Assembly: GCA_045543655.1 (NCBI GenBank)
Contig: JAZPXN010000035.1
Span: 955 to 64,954, forward strand
DNA: 64,000 nucleotides
Reading direction: 5' to 3'
Source: Eubacteriales bacterium
GTDB taxonomy: Bacteria; Bacillota; Clostridia; Oscillospirales; UBA644
Shown here: positions 54,408 to 63,687 of the stretch, in pieces
Numbering within the stretch: position 1 is the stretch's first letter
Layout of the letters: the number at the start of each line of letters is the position of its first letter
The notes under the pieces: model-generated
The model's input: the letters and a program-made list of their open reading frames with translations, nothing else
The model's database searches: none
Told to the model about the DNA's origin: nothing
Program-made: the position numbers and the translations under genes

Positions 54408-54950
54408 TTATCGGGTCACGGTCTCTTCGAAGCTGCGCAGCTTGCCCCGGTAGATCACGGTGCCGTCCGGCAGATCGAGGAATTCCACGGGCTTCGGGAA
54501 ACGGCTGAAGGAAAAATCCTTCGCAAGACCGAATTCCCACAGAAAATCCCGAACGAAGGAGGAACAGTAATAGGTGTTCTGCCGCACGTACAGGATCTTG
54601 ATCCACGCCAGCAGGAGCCCCAGGGTATCGTAACGGTACTCCCGGCGGTTTTCGTACATTTCCTTCAGCCGGTCTTCCATCGCAAGGCGCATCTCCGGGG
54701 TGACCGGAAGGGCCAGCACCACCGCTTCGGTGCCGGAAAAGCGCTTAAAGGTGCCGAAATGAGGAGATTCCATCACAAATCCGCCCCAGAAGGGATTGTA
54801 GGGATTTTTTCGCCCGAAGGAGTAGAGAATCCCCAGAGAGGGGTCCGCCGACAGAGAAACGTGATTGTAATCGGCGTGGGTGATGATCTTCAGAAGCCGG
54901 GACAGGACGGTGCCGGTCTGGGTCACCACGATATAAACGTGTTCGGTCAT
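54408..54950 (-). CDS. Permuted papain-like (NlpC/P60 clan, YiiX-like) protein
   Basis: His-before-Cys order: ...THADYNHVSLS... then ...NTYYCSSFVRDFL... The family assignment is a pattern-based inference. Confidence 0.65.
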   Translation of the reverse strand: MTEHVYIVVTQTGTVLSRLLKIITHADYNHVSLSADPSLGILYSFGRKNPYNPFWGGFVMESPHFGTFKRFSGTEAVVLALPVTPEMRLAMEDRLKEMYENRREYRYDTLGLLLAWIKILYVRQNTYYCSSFVRDFLWEFGLAKDFSFSRFPKPVEFLDLPDGTVIYRGKLRSFEETVTR

Positions 54951-54969
54951 TGGGAACCTCTTTTCAGTA

Positions 54970-55938
54970 TCAGAGACCGGGAATCTCGAAATAGTTGAGC
55001 AAAATCTCGCTGAGCCACACGATCAGCGTAAGGCCGCCGTAAACGCCGGAAAAGATCCAGAAGGTGGGAGCCTTGATCACGGCGCCGAAGGCCTGACCGG
55101 CGGTGAGGGAATGGGGAATTTCCTTCAGGGTAAACTGCTTCTTGACCAGAAGCCAGATCAAAGAGGCGATGCCGAAGAGCAGGAACAGGATATCCGAGCC
55201 GTAGCCCACCCAGTTCAGCACGCTTTCCCCGGCCCAGACCGACAGATAAGTAAGCACGCAGGCCCAGGCGTTGTTGACGAAATGGAAGAGAATGGGATAA
55301 AGCAGATTGCCGGTTTTGATATAAACCATACCCAAAATAATGCCCAGGGCAAAGGCAAAAGGAATCTGCTGAATGGTGCCGTGCATCATTCCGAAGGCGT
55401 AAGCGGAAAGGAAGACCGCCGCCCAGGGATTGAAATTCTTCAAAACCCCCGTCCCTGCGGCCCGGCAAAGGACCTCCTCGCAGACGGGAGGCAGAATGGC
55501 AAGAATAACGAAATAGCAGACGGCCTGGGGGAAATCCTGCGGATCGAAGGAGTCAAAGGCGCCGGAGGCGGGAAGTCCGATCTGCTCCAACAACCAGAGA
55601 AGGCCGGTGACCAGATAATTCATCACCACGGAAACGCCCATAAAGACCCCCAGCCAGGGAATGAAATCCGCCTTCAGAGGACGGAAGGTGACGAAACGGT
55701 CGGCAGGGATTCGGATCAGCTTCAGCGCCAGCAGAGCCAAAACGCAGGTCCCGATGGGATAGAGCAGCTGGGGCAGAACGAAGCCCGTATAGTATTCCGC
55801 AAAGGAAAGATCCACGAATTGCGAGATCATTTCAATGGCCATGGTGGGCAGGGTAATAACCGACTGCACCGCAACGGTCAGCAGCATGATCAGAAAAACG
55901 GTGTTTACCCGGCTTGTCATCAGTTTTTGAGGGGTCAT
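54970..55938 (-). CDS. CPBP-family intramembrane glutamic endopeptidase
   Basis: Trimmed to ATG 55938 (MTPQKLMTSRV...). Motifs PPVCEEVLCRA, FGMMHG, FHFVNN. Confidence 0.85.
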   Translation of the reverse strand: MTPQKLMTSRVNTVFLIMLLTVAVQSVITLPTMAIEMISQFVDLSFAEYYTGFVLPQLLYPIGTCVLALLALKLIRIPADRFVTFRPLKADFIPWLGVFMGVSVVMNYLVTGLLWLLEQIGLPASGAFDSFDPQDFPQAVCYFVILAILPPVCEEVLCRAAGTGVLKNFNPWAAVFLSAYAFGMMHGTIQQIPFAFALGIILGMVYIKTGNLLYPILFHFVNNAWACVLTYLSVWAGESVLNWVGYGSDILFLLFGIASLIWLLVKKQFTLKEIPHSLTAGQAFGAVIKAPTFWIFSGVYGGLTLIVWLSEILLNYFEIPGL

Positions 55939-55994
55939 AAGGGTTCCTTTCTCTGCGTTTCTGTGGAAAAACGCAGTTTCCGATGAAAAAATAC

Positions 55995-56022
55995 TTGACA
56001 TTTTTGGAAATAATGGTATAAT
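55995..56022 (+). promoter_or_regulatory. Sigma-A-type promoter
   Basis: TTGACA, 16-nt spacer, TGgTATAAT. Confidence 0.5.
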
Positions 56023-56072
56023 ATATTTGTATTGATTGTTTATTCGACCTACGACCGAAGGAGTTTGAACCG

Positions 56073-56930
56073 ATGAAATTGAAACATTACGGCGTTGCCC
56101 TGGTCCCGGCCTGTCTTGCGGCCTTTCTGTTCCGGGCCGTGGTGCTGATCCTTGCCGTGGATCCCAAAACCGGATATTTTGCTTCCGGCACCGTCCTGCC
56201 CATGATCTTCGACGGATTTCTGGGCGTGGTGGCCCTCTTCTTCTGCTCGGTTCTTCTGATGAGGAAGGAGCCGAAGCCCACGGTGGTGCGCCTCTACCGG
56301 GCGTCGGTCTTCGACACGATCTTCGGCATTGCCGGTGCGGTGCTTCTGGTAACGAAGAGCGTCTTCGGCCTGCTCAGCGGAATTGCCTCCGGCACGGTTA
56401 CGGTAGACAAGTCCCTTTTGATCAACGGCGCCGTATGGGAAACGGTCTTCGCTCTGCTGACGGCCGTCTTCCTGATCTTCTTCGTGACCTACCCCAAGAA
56501 GAGCGCAAAGCAAAACGGCTGGCGGGTCATGTCTCTGTCTCTGACGGTCTACTATCTGTTCCTTCTGGTGACGAATTTCCAGAATCTGGACGTGGTCTTC
56601 TCCCGTTCCTTTGGCATCTACCTGATCACCTTTTACGGTCTTACGGCGGCGGCCGGCATCAACTTCTCAAAGATCCTCGCCCGGTTGTTCGGCCGGAAGG
56701 TTTTCACTCTGTTCACCTGCCTTGCGGCGGTGCTTCTGGCGGTGCGGCTGGCCGATGCGGTGCTGTATCTTATCCCCGGCAATCCTTACGCCATCCCCAT
56801 GGATCTCTTCGGATTCGGGGCAGACGCGTGCGTAACGGCGCTGATGCTCTCCCAGATGGGAAAGCTGATGAAGCGGAAAAAGAAGAAGGCGGAAGAGCCC
56901 GCCGAGCCCCTCCCCGCAGAACAGGCTTAA
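56073..56930 (+). CDS. Polytopic membrane protein, unknown function, Lys-rich C-terminal tail
   Basis: About 8 hydrophobic segments. Ends ...KLMKRKKKKAEEPAEPLPAEQA. Confidence 0.7.
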   Translation: MKLKHYGVALVPACLAAFLFRAVVLILAVDPKTGYFASGTVLPMIFDGFLGVVALFFCSVLLMRKEPKPTVVRLYRASVFDTIFGIAGAVLLVTKSVFGLLSGIASGTVTVDKSLLINGAVWETVFALLTAVFLIFFVTYPKKSAKQNGWRVMSLSLTVYYLFLLVTNFQNLDVVFSRSFGIYLITFYGLTAAAGINFSKILARLFGRKVFTLFTCLAAVLLAVRLADAVLYLIPGNPYAIPMDLFGFGADACVTALMLSQMGKLMKRKKKKAEEPAEPLPAEQA

Positions 56931-56945
56931 CGAAAGATCTTACGG

Positions 56946-56967
56946 TTCCCCGGATCATTCCGGGGAA
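56946..56967. terminator. Bidirectional terminator
   Basis: 9-bp stem ttccccgga/tccggggaa with a 4-nt loop, followed by T7. Confidence 0.65.
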
Positions 56968-56972
56968 TTTTT

Positions 56973-57920
56973 TTACGCCTTGCAGACGTAACAGACCCAT
57001 TCCTTCTTTTGCTTGGTCTCACAGACGGTAAATCCGTTGGCCTCCAGGGCGTTGCGGACCTCTTCTGCCCGGGGGGACAGAATCCCGGAGGTGATAAAAT
57101 AACCGTCTTTTTTCAGGTGACGGCGGATCTGCGCCGACAAAGGGATAATGACGTCAGCCACGATATTCGCAACCACGAGATCGTAAATCTGTCCGTCGAG
57201 GACGTTTTTCAGGTTTGGATCGGAATCCTCCTCCAGAATATTCCCCGCAAGGGCGTCAAACTGCCCCGGGAAGGGATTGAGGGCGGCGTTTTCCTTCGAA
57301 ACCCGGGCGGCGGCGGGATCGATATCGATGCCCAAAGCGCTTCCGGCGCCGCAAAGCAGAGACGCAATGGAGAGAATGCCGCTTCCGCAGCCCACGTCCA
57401 GCACCCGGTCTCCGGGGGCAACGCAATCGGCCAGGGCTTCAATGCAGGAGGCGGTAGTCTCGTGGGAGCCGGTACCGAAGGCAAGACCGGGATCAATAAT
57501 CAGAATCTTCTCCCCTTCTTTGGCGTCGTATTCCTCCACCTGCCAGGCGGGAACGATGGTGATGGGGCCCACGGGCAGAGGGTGATAATACTTTTTCCAG
57601 CCGTTGAGCCAATCGGTATCCTCCACCTGGGCGTAGGAAACCTGATAAGAGATCCCCTCGGCCCCCAGCCGACCTTCGATATATTCCATGGCGCCGGCCA
57701 GGTTGGCGTCCTTTTCAAAATAAATATGTAAGATGGCGGTGGAACGGTCCTTGTTCATCAGATCCTCGTCCACCAGGTTGATGGCCTTGACCAGCTCGCA
57801 ATCCATCATATCCGAATAATCTTCCAGATAGATGCCTCCGATATCGGTCATTTCCGCAATATCCACGGCGGTCTGGGCCGATTGGGAGGGCAGAGTAAGG
57901 GTCACTTCAATATATTCCAT
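56973..57920 (-). CDS. prmA: Ribosomal protein L11 methyltransferase
   Basis: ...IIDPGLAFGTGSHETT...VLDVGCGSGILSIA... Confidence 0.95.
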   Translation of the reverse strand: MEYIEVTLTLPSQSAQTAVDIAEMTDIGGIYLEDYSDMMDCELVKAINLVDEDLMNKDRSTAILHIYFEKDANLAGAMEYIEGRLGAEGISYQVSYAQVEDTDWLNGWKKYYHPLPVGPITIVPAWQVEEYDAKEGEKILIIDPGLAFGTGSHETTASCIEALADCVAPGDRVLDVGCGSGILSIASLLCGAGSALGIDIDPAAARVSKENAALNPFPGQFDALAGNILEEDSDPNLKNVLDGQIYDLVVANIVADVIIPLSAQIRRHLKKDGYFITSGILSPRAEEVRNALEANGFTVCETKQKKEWVCYVCKA

Positions 57921-57923
57921 AGC

Positions 57924-58550
57924 TTACGAATCCTTTCGTTGATACTCCCGGCAAAGATCGGTGAGAAAACATTCCTCGCAACGGGGCTTGCGGGCGTCAC
58001 AGCATTCCCTCCCGTGGTGAACCAGCGCGTGACAGAAGCGCATGCTTTCGCCGGGGGGAACGATTTTCCGCAGAGCCATTTCCACCTTGACGGGATCTTT
58101 GGTATCGGCAAATCCCAACCGGTTGGAAAGGCGGATGCAATGAGTATCGGCCACGATCACCCCGGGAGCGTCGTACAATTCTCCCATGAGAAGATTTGCG
58201 ATCTTCCGTCCTACGCCGGGCAATTCCAAAAAGCCCTCCAGGGAGTCCGGGATGCCGGTCTCGGTCAGCCTACCGGCCATCCGCACGATATCCCGGGATT
58301 TCATCCGGTAAAGCCCGCAGGGACGCACCACCTCTTCCACCTCGGAAAGATCGGCGGCGGCAAGGGACTCCGCGTCCGGCCAACGGCGGAACAGCTCTTC
58401 GCAGACGATATTCACCCGCTTGTCGGTGCATTGGGCAGACAACCGGGAGGCTACCAGCAGCTCGTAAGCGTTCCGAAAATTCAAAGCGCACTTCAATTCC
58501 GGATAATGGGAAAAGAGGCGGGCCGAGATTTGCTTGTAATCCGGGGTCAT
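57924..58550 (-). CDS. nth: Endonuclease III
   Basis: Trimmed to ATG 58550 (MTPDYKQI...ELLVASRLSAQCTDKRVN...LPGVGRKIAN...). C-terminal 4Fe-4S Cys cluster C..C.EC.L..LC. Confidence 0.9.
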   Translation of the reverse strand: MTPDYKQISARLFSHYPELKCALNFRNAYELLVASRLSAQCTDKRVNIVCEELFRRWPDAESLAAADLSEVEEVVRPCGLYRMKSRDIVRMAGRLTETGIPDSLEGFLELPGVGRKIANLLMGELYDAPGVIVADTHCIRLSNRLGFADTKDPVKVEMALRKIVPPGESMRFCHALVHHGRECCDARKPRCEECFLTDLCREYQRKDS

Positions 58551-59821
58551 TTTTGTTCCCCCTTGATCAGTTCCCAATATTTTTTGGCGGCCTGCTCGGT
58601 TTTGTTCTCTCCGTATTCGTAATAGCAGTCCCGCTTCAGCCCGTCGGGCAGATATTGCTGGGGTACGTAATGCCCGGGATAAGCGTGGGGATATTTGTAG
58701 CCGACGCCGTGCTCCAGCTTTTCCGCACCGCCGTAGTGGCTGTCCTTCAGATGGGCGGGAATATCCCCCGCGCCGGAAGAGCGGATCTTATCCATGGCGG
58801 CGTCGATGGCGTTGATGGCGCTATTGGATTTGGGAGCGGTGGCCAGAAGCAAAGTGGCCTCTGCCAGGGGGATGCGGGCCTCGGGAAAGCCCAGCTGCAG
58901 AGCCGCGTCCACGCAGGCCTTGACCACGGCGATGGCCTGGGGATAGGCAAGACCGATATCCTCGGCGGCAATCACCAGAAGCCGGCGACAGATCGACGGC
59001 AGATCCTCGGCGATCACCAGCCGCGCCAGATAATGGACGGCGGCGTCGGGATCGGATCCCCGAATGGACTTCTGAAAGGCCGAGAGAATATCGTAATGGG
59101 AATCTCCGTCCCGGTCGTAGCGCATACTGCTTCGTTTGGAGACTTCTTTGGCCGCTTCCAGGGAAACGCAGATCTCCTTTTGTCCCGGCTTGCGGCTGCA
59201 GAGCACCTCCACCGTATTCAGCGCCTTGCGCACGTCTCCCCCGCAGGTGGCGGCGATATGAGAAACGACGCCCTCCTCCACCGTTACGGTGACGGGAGCC
59301 CCGTTCATAGCCTCAAAGCCCCGCTTGACCGCCGTTTCCAGATCCCGCTTTTCCAGGGGATGGAATTCGAAGACCGTGCAACGGGAAATAATGGCGCCGT
59401 AAATATAAAAATAGGGATTTTCGGAGGTGGAGGCAATGAGGGTGATCGATCCGTTTTCGATAAATTCCAGCAGGATCTGCTGCTGTTTTTTCGTGAAATA
59501 TTGCATCTCGTCCAGATACAGAATGATGCCCCGGTCGTTGCCCAGAGCGCCGATCTGCCCGATGACGTCCTTGATATTATCGGTATTTGCGGTGGTAGCG
59601 TTGAGCTTATAGAGGGTTTTATCGGTCTGTTTGGCAATGATCTGCGCAAGAGTGGTCTTCCCGATCCCCGCGGGGCCGTAGAAAATCATATTGGGGATAT
59701 TCCCGCTCTCGATAATATTCCGCAAGGGCTTGCCGGGACCCAGCAGATGGCGCTGACCCAGCATATCGTCCAAAGACTCCGGTCGGAGACGGGCGGGCAG
59801 GGGGGTATACACGAAGATCAC
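58547..59821 (-). CDS. rarA: Replication-associated recombination protein A (AAA+ ATPase)
   Basis: ...PLPARLRPESLDDMLGQRHLLG...FYGPAGIGKTTLA...ILYLDEMQYF... GTG start. Confidence 0.9.
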   Translation of the reverse strand: MIFVYTPLPARLRPESLDDMLGQRHLLGPGKPLRNIIESGNIPNMIFYGPAGIGKTTLAQIIAKQTDKTLYKLNATTANTDNIKDVIGQIGALGNDRGIILYLDEMQYFTKKQQQILLEFIENGSITLIASTSENPYFYIYGAIISRCTVFEFHPLEKRDLETAVKRGFEAMNGAPVTVTVEEGVVSHIAATCGGDVRKALNTVEVLCSRKPGQKEICVSLEAAKEVSKRSSMRYDRDGDSHYDILSAFQKSIRGSDPDAAVHYLARLVIAEDLPSICRRLLVIAAEDIGLAYPQAIAVVKACVDAALQLGFPEARIPLAEATLLLATAPKSNSAINAIDAAMDKIRSSGAGDIPAHLKDSHYGGAEKLEHGVGYKYPHAYPGHYVPQQYLPDGLKRDCYYEYGENKTEQAAKKYWELIKGEQK

Positions 59822-60031
59822 CTCTCATGAAAGCATACTACGTTATATTATATCACATTTTCCTCCGTTTGTAAAGAGACTTCGGAAAATCTTAAAACAT
59901 TAAAAAAAGGCCGCCTCCGGCCAAGTACAAACCGAAGAGAGAAAAGGAAGAGAAGCCCCCGTTCAAAGGGCGAAAAAGCAGGGACCTCCCACCCGGTTTT
60001 TTATTTTATTTCAAACTCCCCGAAAACCGTA

Positions 60032-60060
60032 TTGACAAACGGGGAAGAATGTGCTACAAT
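60032..60060 (+). promoter_or_regulatory. Consensus sigma-A promoter for the small ORF / GH20 unit
   Basis: TTGACA (60032..60037), 17-nt spacer, TGcTACAAT (extended -10, 60052..60060). Confidence 0.6.
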
Positions 60061-60080
60061 AACCCCAAGGAGTGATTTTT

Positions 60081-60371
60081 ATGTTATTTCCGGAAAAAAT
60101 GTCCGCCGTTCCCCAGCCCCGGAGAGCCGATCTCTGGCGGGAATACCGCACCCTTTGCACCGCCCTTTCCCTGCAGGTGAAGCTGCGCCGGGAAGGAAGA
60201 ACCGCCACGGAAGCGGAGCTGTCTCCCCTGCGGGAAGCCGCTGGCAAGGCCAACGGAATTCTGGCGGAATTCGGAATGACGCCCTCTTTCTTCCCCACAG
60301 ACGCAGATTTTTTCGCAAAGCTTCTGGAAGAACTTTCCGCCGCCATGAAAGCGCCCCGCCGACCGGATTAA
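60081..60371 (+). CDS. Small hypothetical protein (96 aa)
   Basis: ATG 60081 lies 8 nt after AAGGAG and about 15 nt after the predicted TSS. Product MLFPEKMSAVPQPRRADLWREYRTLCTALSLQVKLRR...FFAKLLEELSAAMKAPRRPD. No recognisable family, so coding status is uncertain. Confidence 0.4.
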   Translation: MLFPEKMSAVPQPRRADLWREYRTLCTALSLQVKLRREGRTATEAELSPLREAAGKANGILAEFGMTPSFFPTDADFFAKLLEELSAAMKAPRRPD

Positions 60372-60400
60372 AATGCTTTTTGAAAAAGGAGAAAGAAACC

Positions 60401-62035
60401 ATGATCGTCCCCCGCCTGAAAAACGAGCCGCAGAATCCAAATACCCTTTCCTTTTCCCGGACGCTGACCGTCAGCGCCGGAGAATTCACCGAAAAAGCGG
60501 TGAAGCTGCTCGGCTATTTCCTGCCCTACGGCACCTTTTCCGCCGCAGAATCCGGGCAGATCGAAGGAATCTTGACCGATCTTCCGTCGGAAGAATACGA
60601 GCTGACCGTCAAAGAAGGCAAGGTCACCGCGAAATACGGCGACTACCTCGGCCTTCGCAACGCCCTTTCGACCTTTGCGCTTTCCGTGAAGCTGAGGGGA
60701 GACGCTCTGGTTCTGCCGGAATTTTCCGCCGCCGATGCTCCGGCCTGCACGTTCCGGGGTATTTTATTGGATCCCGCCAGAGGGAATCCTCCCTTTGAAA
60801 ATTTCTGCAACGTGCTGATCCTGGCGGCAAAATGCAAATACAACTATTTTCAGTTCCATATTGCGGAGCATCAATGGCTGAGCGTCGAGATGGACTGTCT
60901 GCCTGCGGAATACCGGCACCCCCGTTGCTTCACGAAAGCCCAGATCAAGGAGCTGAACGGGCTTTGCGACGTTCTCGGCATTGAGATCATCCCCGACTTT
61001 GACATTCCAGCCCACGCCACCCGGCTGGTGGAGCTGTTTCCCGAGATCGCCTGTGAGCCTCCCGAAGACGCCATCCCCAGCAAGTGGGTCGCCTGCACCG
61101 GGTCGGAGAAAACCTACGCGCTATACGAAAAGATCATTGCAGAGGTTCTGCAGCTCTTTCCGAACGGAAAATTCTTCCATATGTGCGGCGACGAGCTGGA
61201 ATTTGCGGAAAAAGCTCACGTGCGCCCAAATTCTCTCTGCCATTGGACCATTTGCAGAAAATGCAAGGAATTCCGGAAGAAGCACGGGCTTCGGGACCGG
61301 ACGGAGCAATATTACTATTTCGTCAACCGCATCAATCGGATCGTCAAGGGGCACGGCCGCAGGCTGATGATGTCCAGCGACCAGATCGACTGCACCCGTC
61401 CGGCGGGGATCGACCTTGACGTGCTGATGGTCTTCTGGCGCATCGCAATGCCCGGCCGAGGGCCCTACGACGGTTGCTCCTTCGACGGCCAGCTGAGCCT
61501 GGGATATCAGGTGGTCAACGCCTATTATCCCGACACCTACATCGACGAAGAGACCTACATGAACGACGAGACCATCCGCACCTGGCGCTGGGACGAGCGT
61601 CCGAAATGCGCACCGGAACACAAAAAACAGATCGTCGGAGGCGAGCTGAACGCCTGGAACTACGGAGACGAAGATCCCCACTACGCCTTCAACGACCGGG
61701 TCCTGCCCACCACCGTAGCCCTGATGGGTGACAAGTTGTGGAACGGGGACGTGCTTCCCTACAGCGCGGAATACGACGAGGCCCTGAATCGCACCGTCTT
61801 CGGTGCCGGAACCCCCGAAGGACTGAATATATTCCCCGGCATCGGCGCCCGTATCCCACCCCGGACCGCGGCCTGGTCCTACCCCGATCGGGTGACCTGC
61901 TCCAACGAAGAGATCGAACGAATCCTCAAAACCCTCAACGAAGGACGGTATCTGGCCGGAGACTCCTTCCGGGCCGGAGTCTATGAAAAATGTCTGCGTT
62001 ATACGCTGAACAACAGAAAGGATGGAAAAAAATGA
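60401..62035 (+). CDS. GH20-like glycoside hydrolase (beta-N-acetylhexosaminidase family), paralog 1
   Basis: Trimmed to ATG 60401 (MIVPRLKNEPQNP...) after AAGGAG. ...FRGILLDPARG...IPDFDIPAHAT...FHMCGDELEF (GH20 H-x-G-x-D-E region). Confidence 0.8.
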   Translation: MIVPRLKNEPQNPNTLSFSRTLTVSAGEFTEKAVKLLGYFLPYGTFSAAESGQIEGILTDLPSEEYELTVKEGKVTAKYGDYLGLRNALSTFALSVKLRGDALVLPEFSAADAPACTFRGILLDPARGNPPFENFCNVLILAAKCKYNYFQFHIAEHQWLSVEMDCLPAEYRHPRCFTKAQIKELNGLCDVLGIEIIPDFDIPAHATRLVELFPEIACEPPEDAIPSKWVACTGSEKTYALYEKIIAEVLQLFPNGKFFHMCGDELEFAEKAHVRPNSLCHWTICRKCKEFRKKHGLRDRTEQYYYFVNRINRIVKGHGRRLMMSSDQIDCTRPAGIDLDVLMVFWRIAMPGRGPYDGCSFDGQLSLGYQVVNAYYPDTYIDEETYMNDETIRTWRWDERPKCAPEHKKQIVGGELNAWNYGDEDPHYAFNDRVLPTTVALMGDKLWNGDVLPYSAEYDEALNRTVFGAGTPEGLNIFPGIGARIPPRTAAWSYPDRVTCSNEEIERILKTLNEGRYLAGDSFRAGVYEKCLRYTLNNRKDGKK

Positions 62036-63687
62036 TTGTCCCCCGCCTGAAAAACGAACCGAAAGATCCCAAATTCCTGGCCTTCCCCCGGACGCTGACC
62101 GTCAGCGCCGGAGACTTCACCGAAAAAGCGGTGAAGCTGCTCGGCTATTTCCTGCCCTACGGCACCTTTTCCGCCGCAAAATCCGGGCAGATCGAAGCGG
62201 TCAAGACCAATCTTCCGTCGGAGGAATACGGACTGACCGTCGAAGAAGGCAAGATCACCGTAAAATACGGCGATTACCTCGGCCTTCGCAATGCCCTTTC
62301 CACCGTCGCGCTGTGGGCGAAGATCGACGGAGACGCCCTTCTTCTGCCGGAGGGAACCGTAAAAGACGCTCCCGCCTGCGGCTTCCGGAGCGTGATGCTG
62401 GATCCCGCCCGGGGCAATCCTCCCTTTGAAAATTTCTGCAACGTGCTGATTTTGGCCGCAAAATGCAAGATGAATTATTTCCATTTCCACATCGTAGAAC
62501 ATAAATGGCTCAGCGTGGAGATGGCCTCCCTCCCCCGGGAATATCTCTACGAAGGCTACTACACCAAAGCGCAGGTCAAGGAACTGAACGATCTGTGCGA
62601 TATTCTGGGGCTTGAGATCATTCCCGAATTCGATATGCCCGGCCACGCAACGAAGCTGATCGAGTTTTTCCCCAATCTGGCCTGCACGCCGCCGGAGGAT
62701 ACCCCCCAAAGCACCTGGGCCATCTGCACCGGGTCGGAGGGCACCTACGAATTATACGAAAAGATCATCGACGAGGTTCTGGAGATGTTCCCCAACGGCC
62801 GGTACTTCCATATGGGCGGGGACGAGCTGGAATTCGCGGATCTGGCCCACAAGCGCCCCAACAGCCTCTGCCATTGGACGATCTGCAGTAAGTGTAAGGA
62901 ATTCCGCAAAAAACACGGCTTGAAGGATCGGACGGAGCAGTATTATTATTTCGCAAATTATATCAACGGGCTGGTGAAAAAGCATGGCCGCCGGATGATC
63001 ATGTGGTCCGACCATATCGACTGCGCCCGTCCCGTGGGAATGTCCACCGATATTCTTATGCAGTTCTGGCGCATCGCCGCACCCGGCCGGGGCCCCTACG
63101 ACGGGTGCTCCTTCAACGAACAGCTGAACATGGGCTATCAGATCATCAACTCCTACTATCCCGAAACCTACATCGACGAAGAATCCTATATAAACGACGA
63201 AAAAATTCGCACCTGGCGCTGGGATGAGCGGCCGAAATGCTCGGAGGAGAACAAGAAAAACGTGCTGGGCGGCGAATTGTGCGTCTGGAATTACGGGGAC
63301 GTATTGCCTTACGGCGGCGCCGTTCCCAAATTCCACTTCCAGGAATCCACCATCCCCACCACCGTGATTCTGATGGCGGACAAGCTCTGGAACGGAGACG
63401 AGCTGCCCTATAGCGAGGAATACGACCTTGCCATGAACCGCACCCTCTTCGGCGCCAACACCCCCGACGGGCTGAATATTTTCCCCGGCATGGGAAGCCG
63501 CGTCCCGCCCCGCACCGAGGCCAAGACCTACCCCGAAAAGGCCACCGCAAGCAACGCCGAGATCAAAGCGGCGCAGAAGTTGTTGGAGGAAGACCGGTAT
63601 CTGGCCGGGGACGCCTTCCGGACGAAGGTCTACCGGGATTGCCTGCAGTATACCGTCGAGCACAGGAAGGACACTGAAAATCAATGA
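62032..63687 (+). CDS. GH20-like glycoside hydrolase, paralog 2
   Basis: Trimmed to ATG 62032 (MIVPRLKNEPKDP...), with an ATGA overlap with paralog 1. ...FRSVMLDPARG...IPEFDMPGHAT...FHMGGDELEF. Confidence 0.8.
   Translation: MIVPRLKNEPKDPKFLAFPRTLTVSAGDFTEKAVKLLGYFLPYGTFSAAKSGQIEAVKTNLPSEEYGLTVEEGKITVKYGDYLGLRNALSTVALWAKIDGDALLLPEGTVKDAPACGFRSVMLDPARGNPPFENFCNVLILAAKCKMNYFHFHIVEHKWLSVEMASLPREYLYEGYYTKAQVKELNDLCDILGLEIIPEFDMPGHATKLIEFFPNLACTPPEDTPQSTWAICTGSEGTYELYEKIIDEVLEMFPNGRYFHMGGDELEFADLAHKRPNSLCHWTICSKCKEFRKKHGLKDRTEQYYYFANYINGLVKKHGRRMIMWSDHIDCARPVGMSTDILMQFWRIAAPGRGPYDGCSFNEQLNMGYQIINSYYPETYIDEESYINDEKIRTWRWDERPKCSEENKKNVLGGELCVWNYGDVLPYGGAVPKFHFQESTIPTTVILMADKLWNGDELPYSEEYDLAMNRTLFGANTPDGLNIFPGMGSRVPPRTEAKTYPEKATASNAEIKAAQKLLEEDRYLAGDAFRTKVYRDCLQYTVEHRKDTENQ

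Noticed and set aside
59908-59921. Hairpin ggccg-cctc-cggcc preceded by A7, which would be a minus-strand terminator upstream of rarA.
   Set aside because: The stem is only 5 bp, and no upstream minus-strand gene is available for it to terminate. It is probably fortuitous.
60032-60400. N-terminal extensions of track ORFs: 60032..62035, 61990..63687, 23692..27027, 30714..31508, 28589..29476, 564..2675, 33162..35042, 54025..54606.
   Set aside because: In each case an internal ATG (TTG for the tubulin-operon genes' upstream alternatives) has a canonical GGAGG-type RBS and matches the usual N-terminus of the family. The upstream extension overlaps the preceding gene or a promoter and is compositionally odd.
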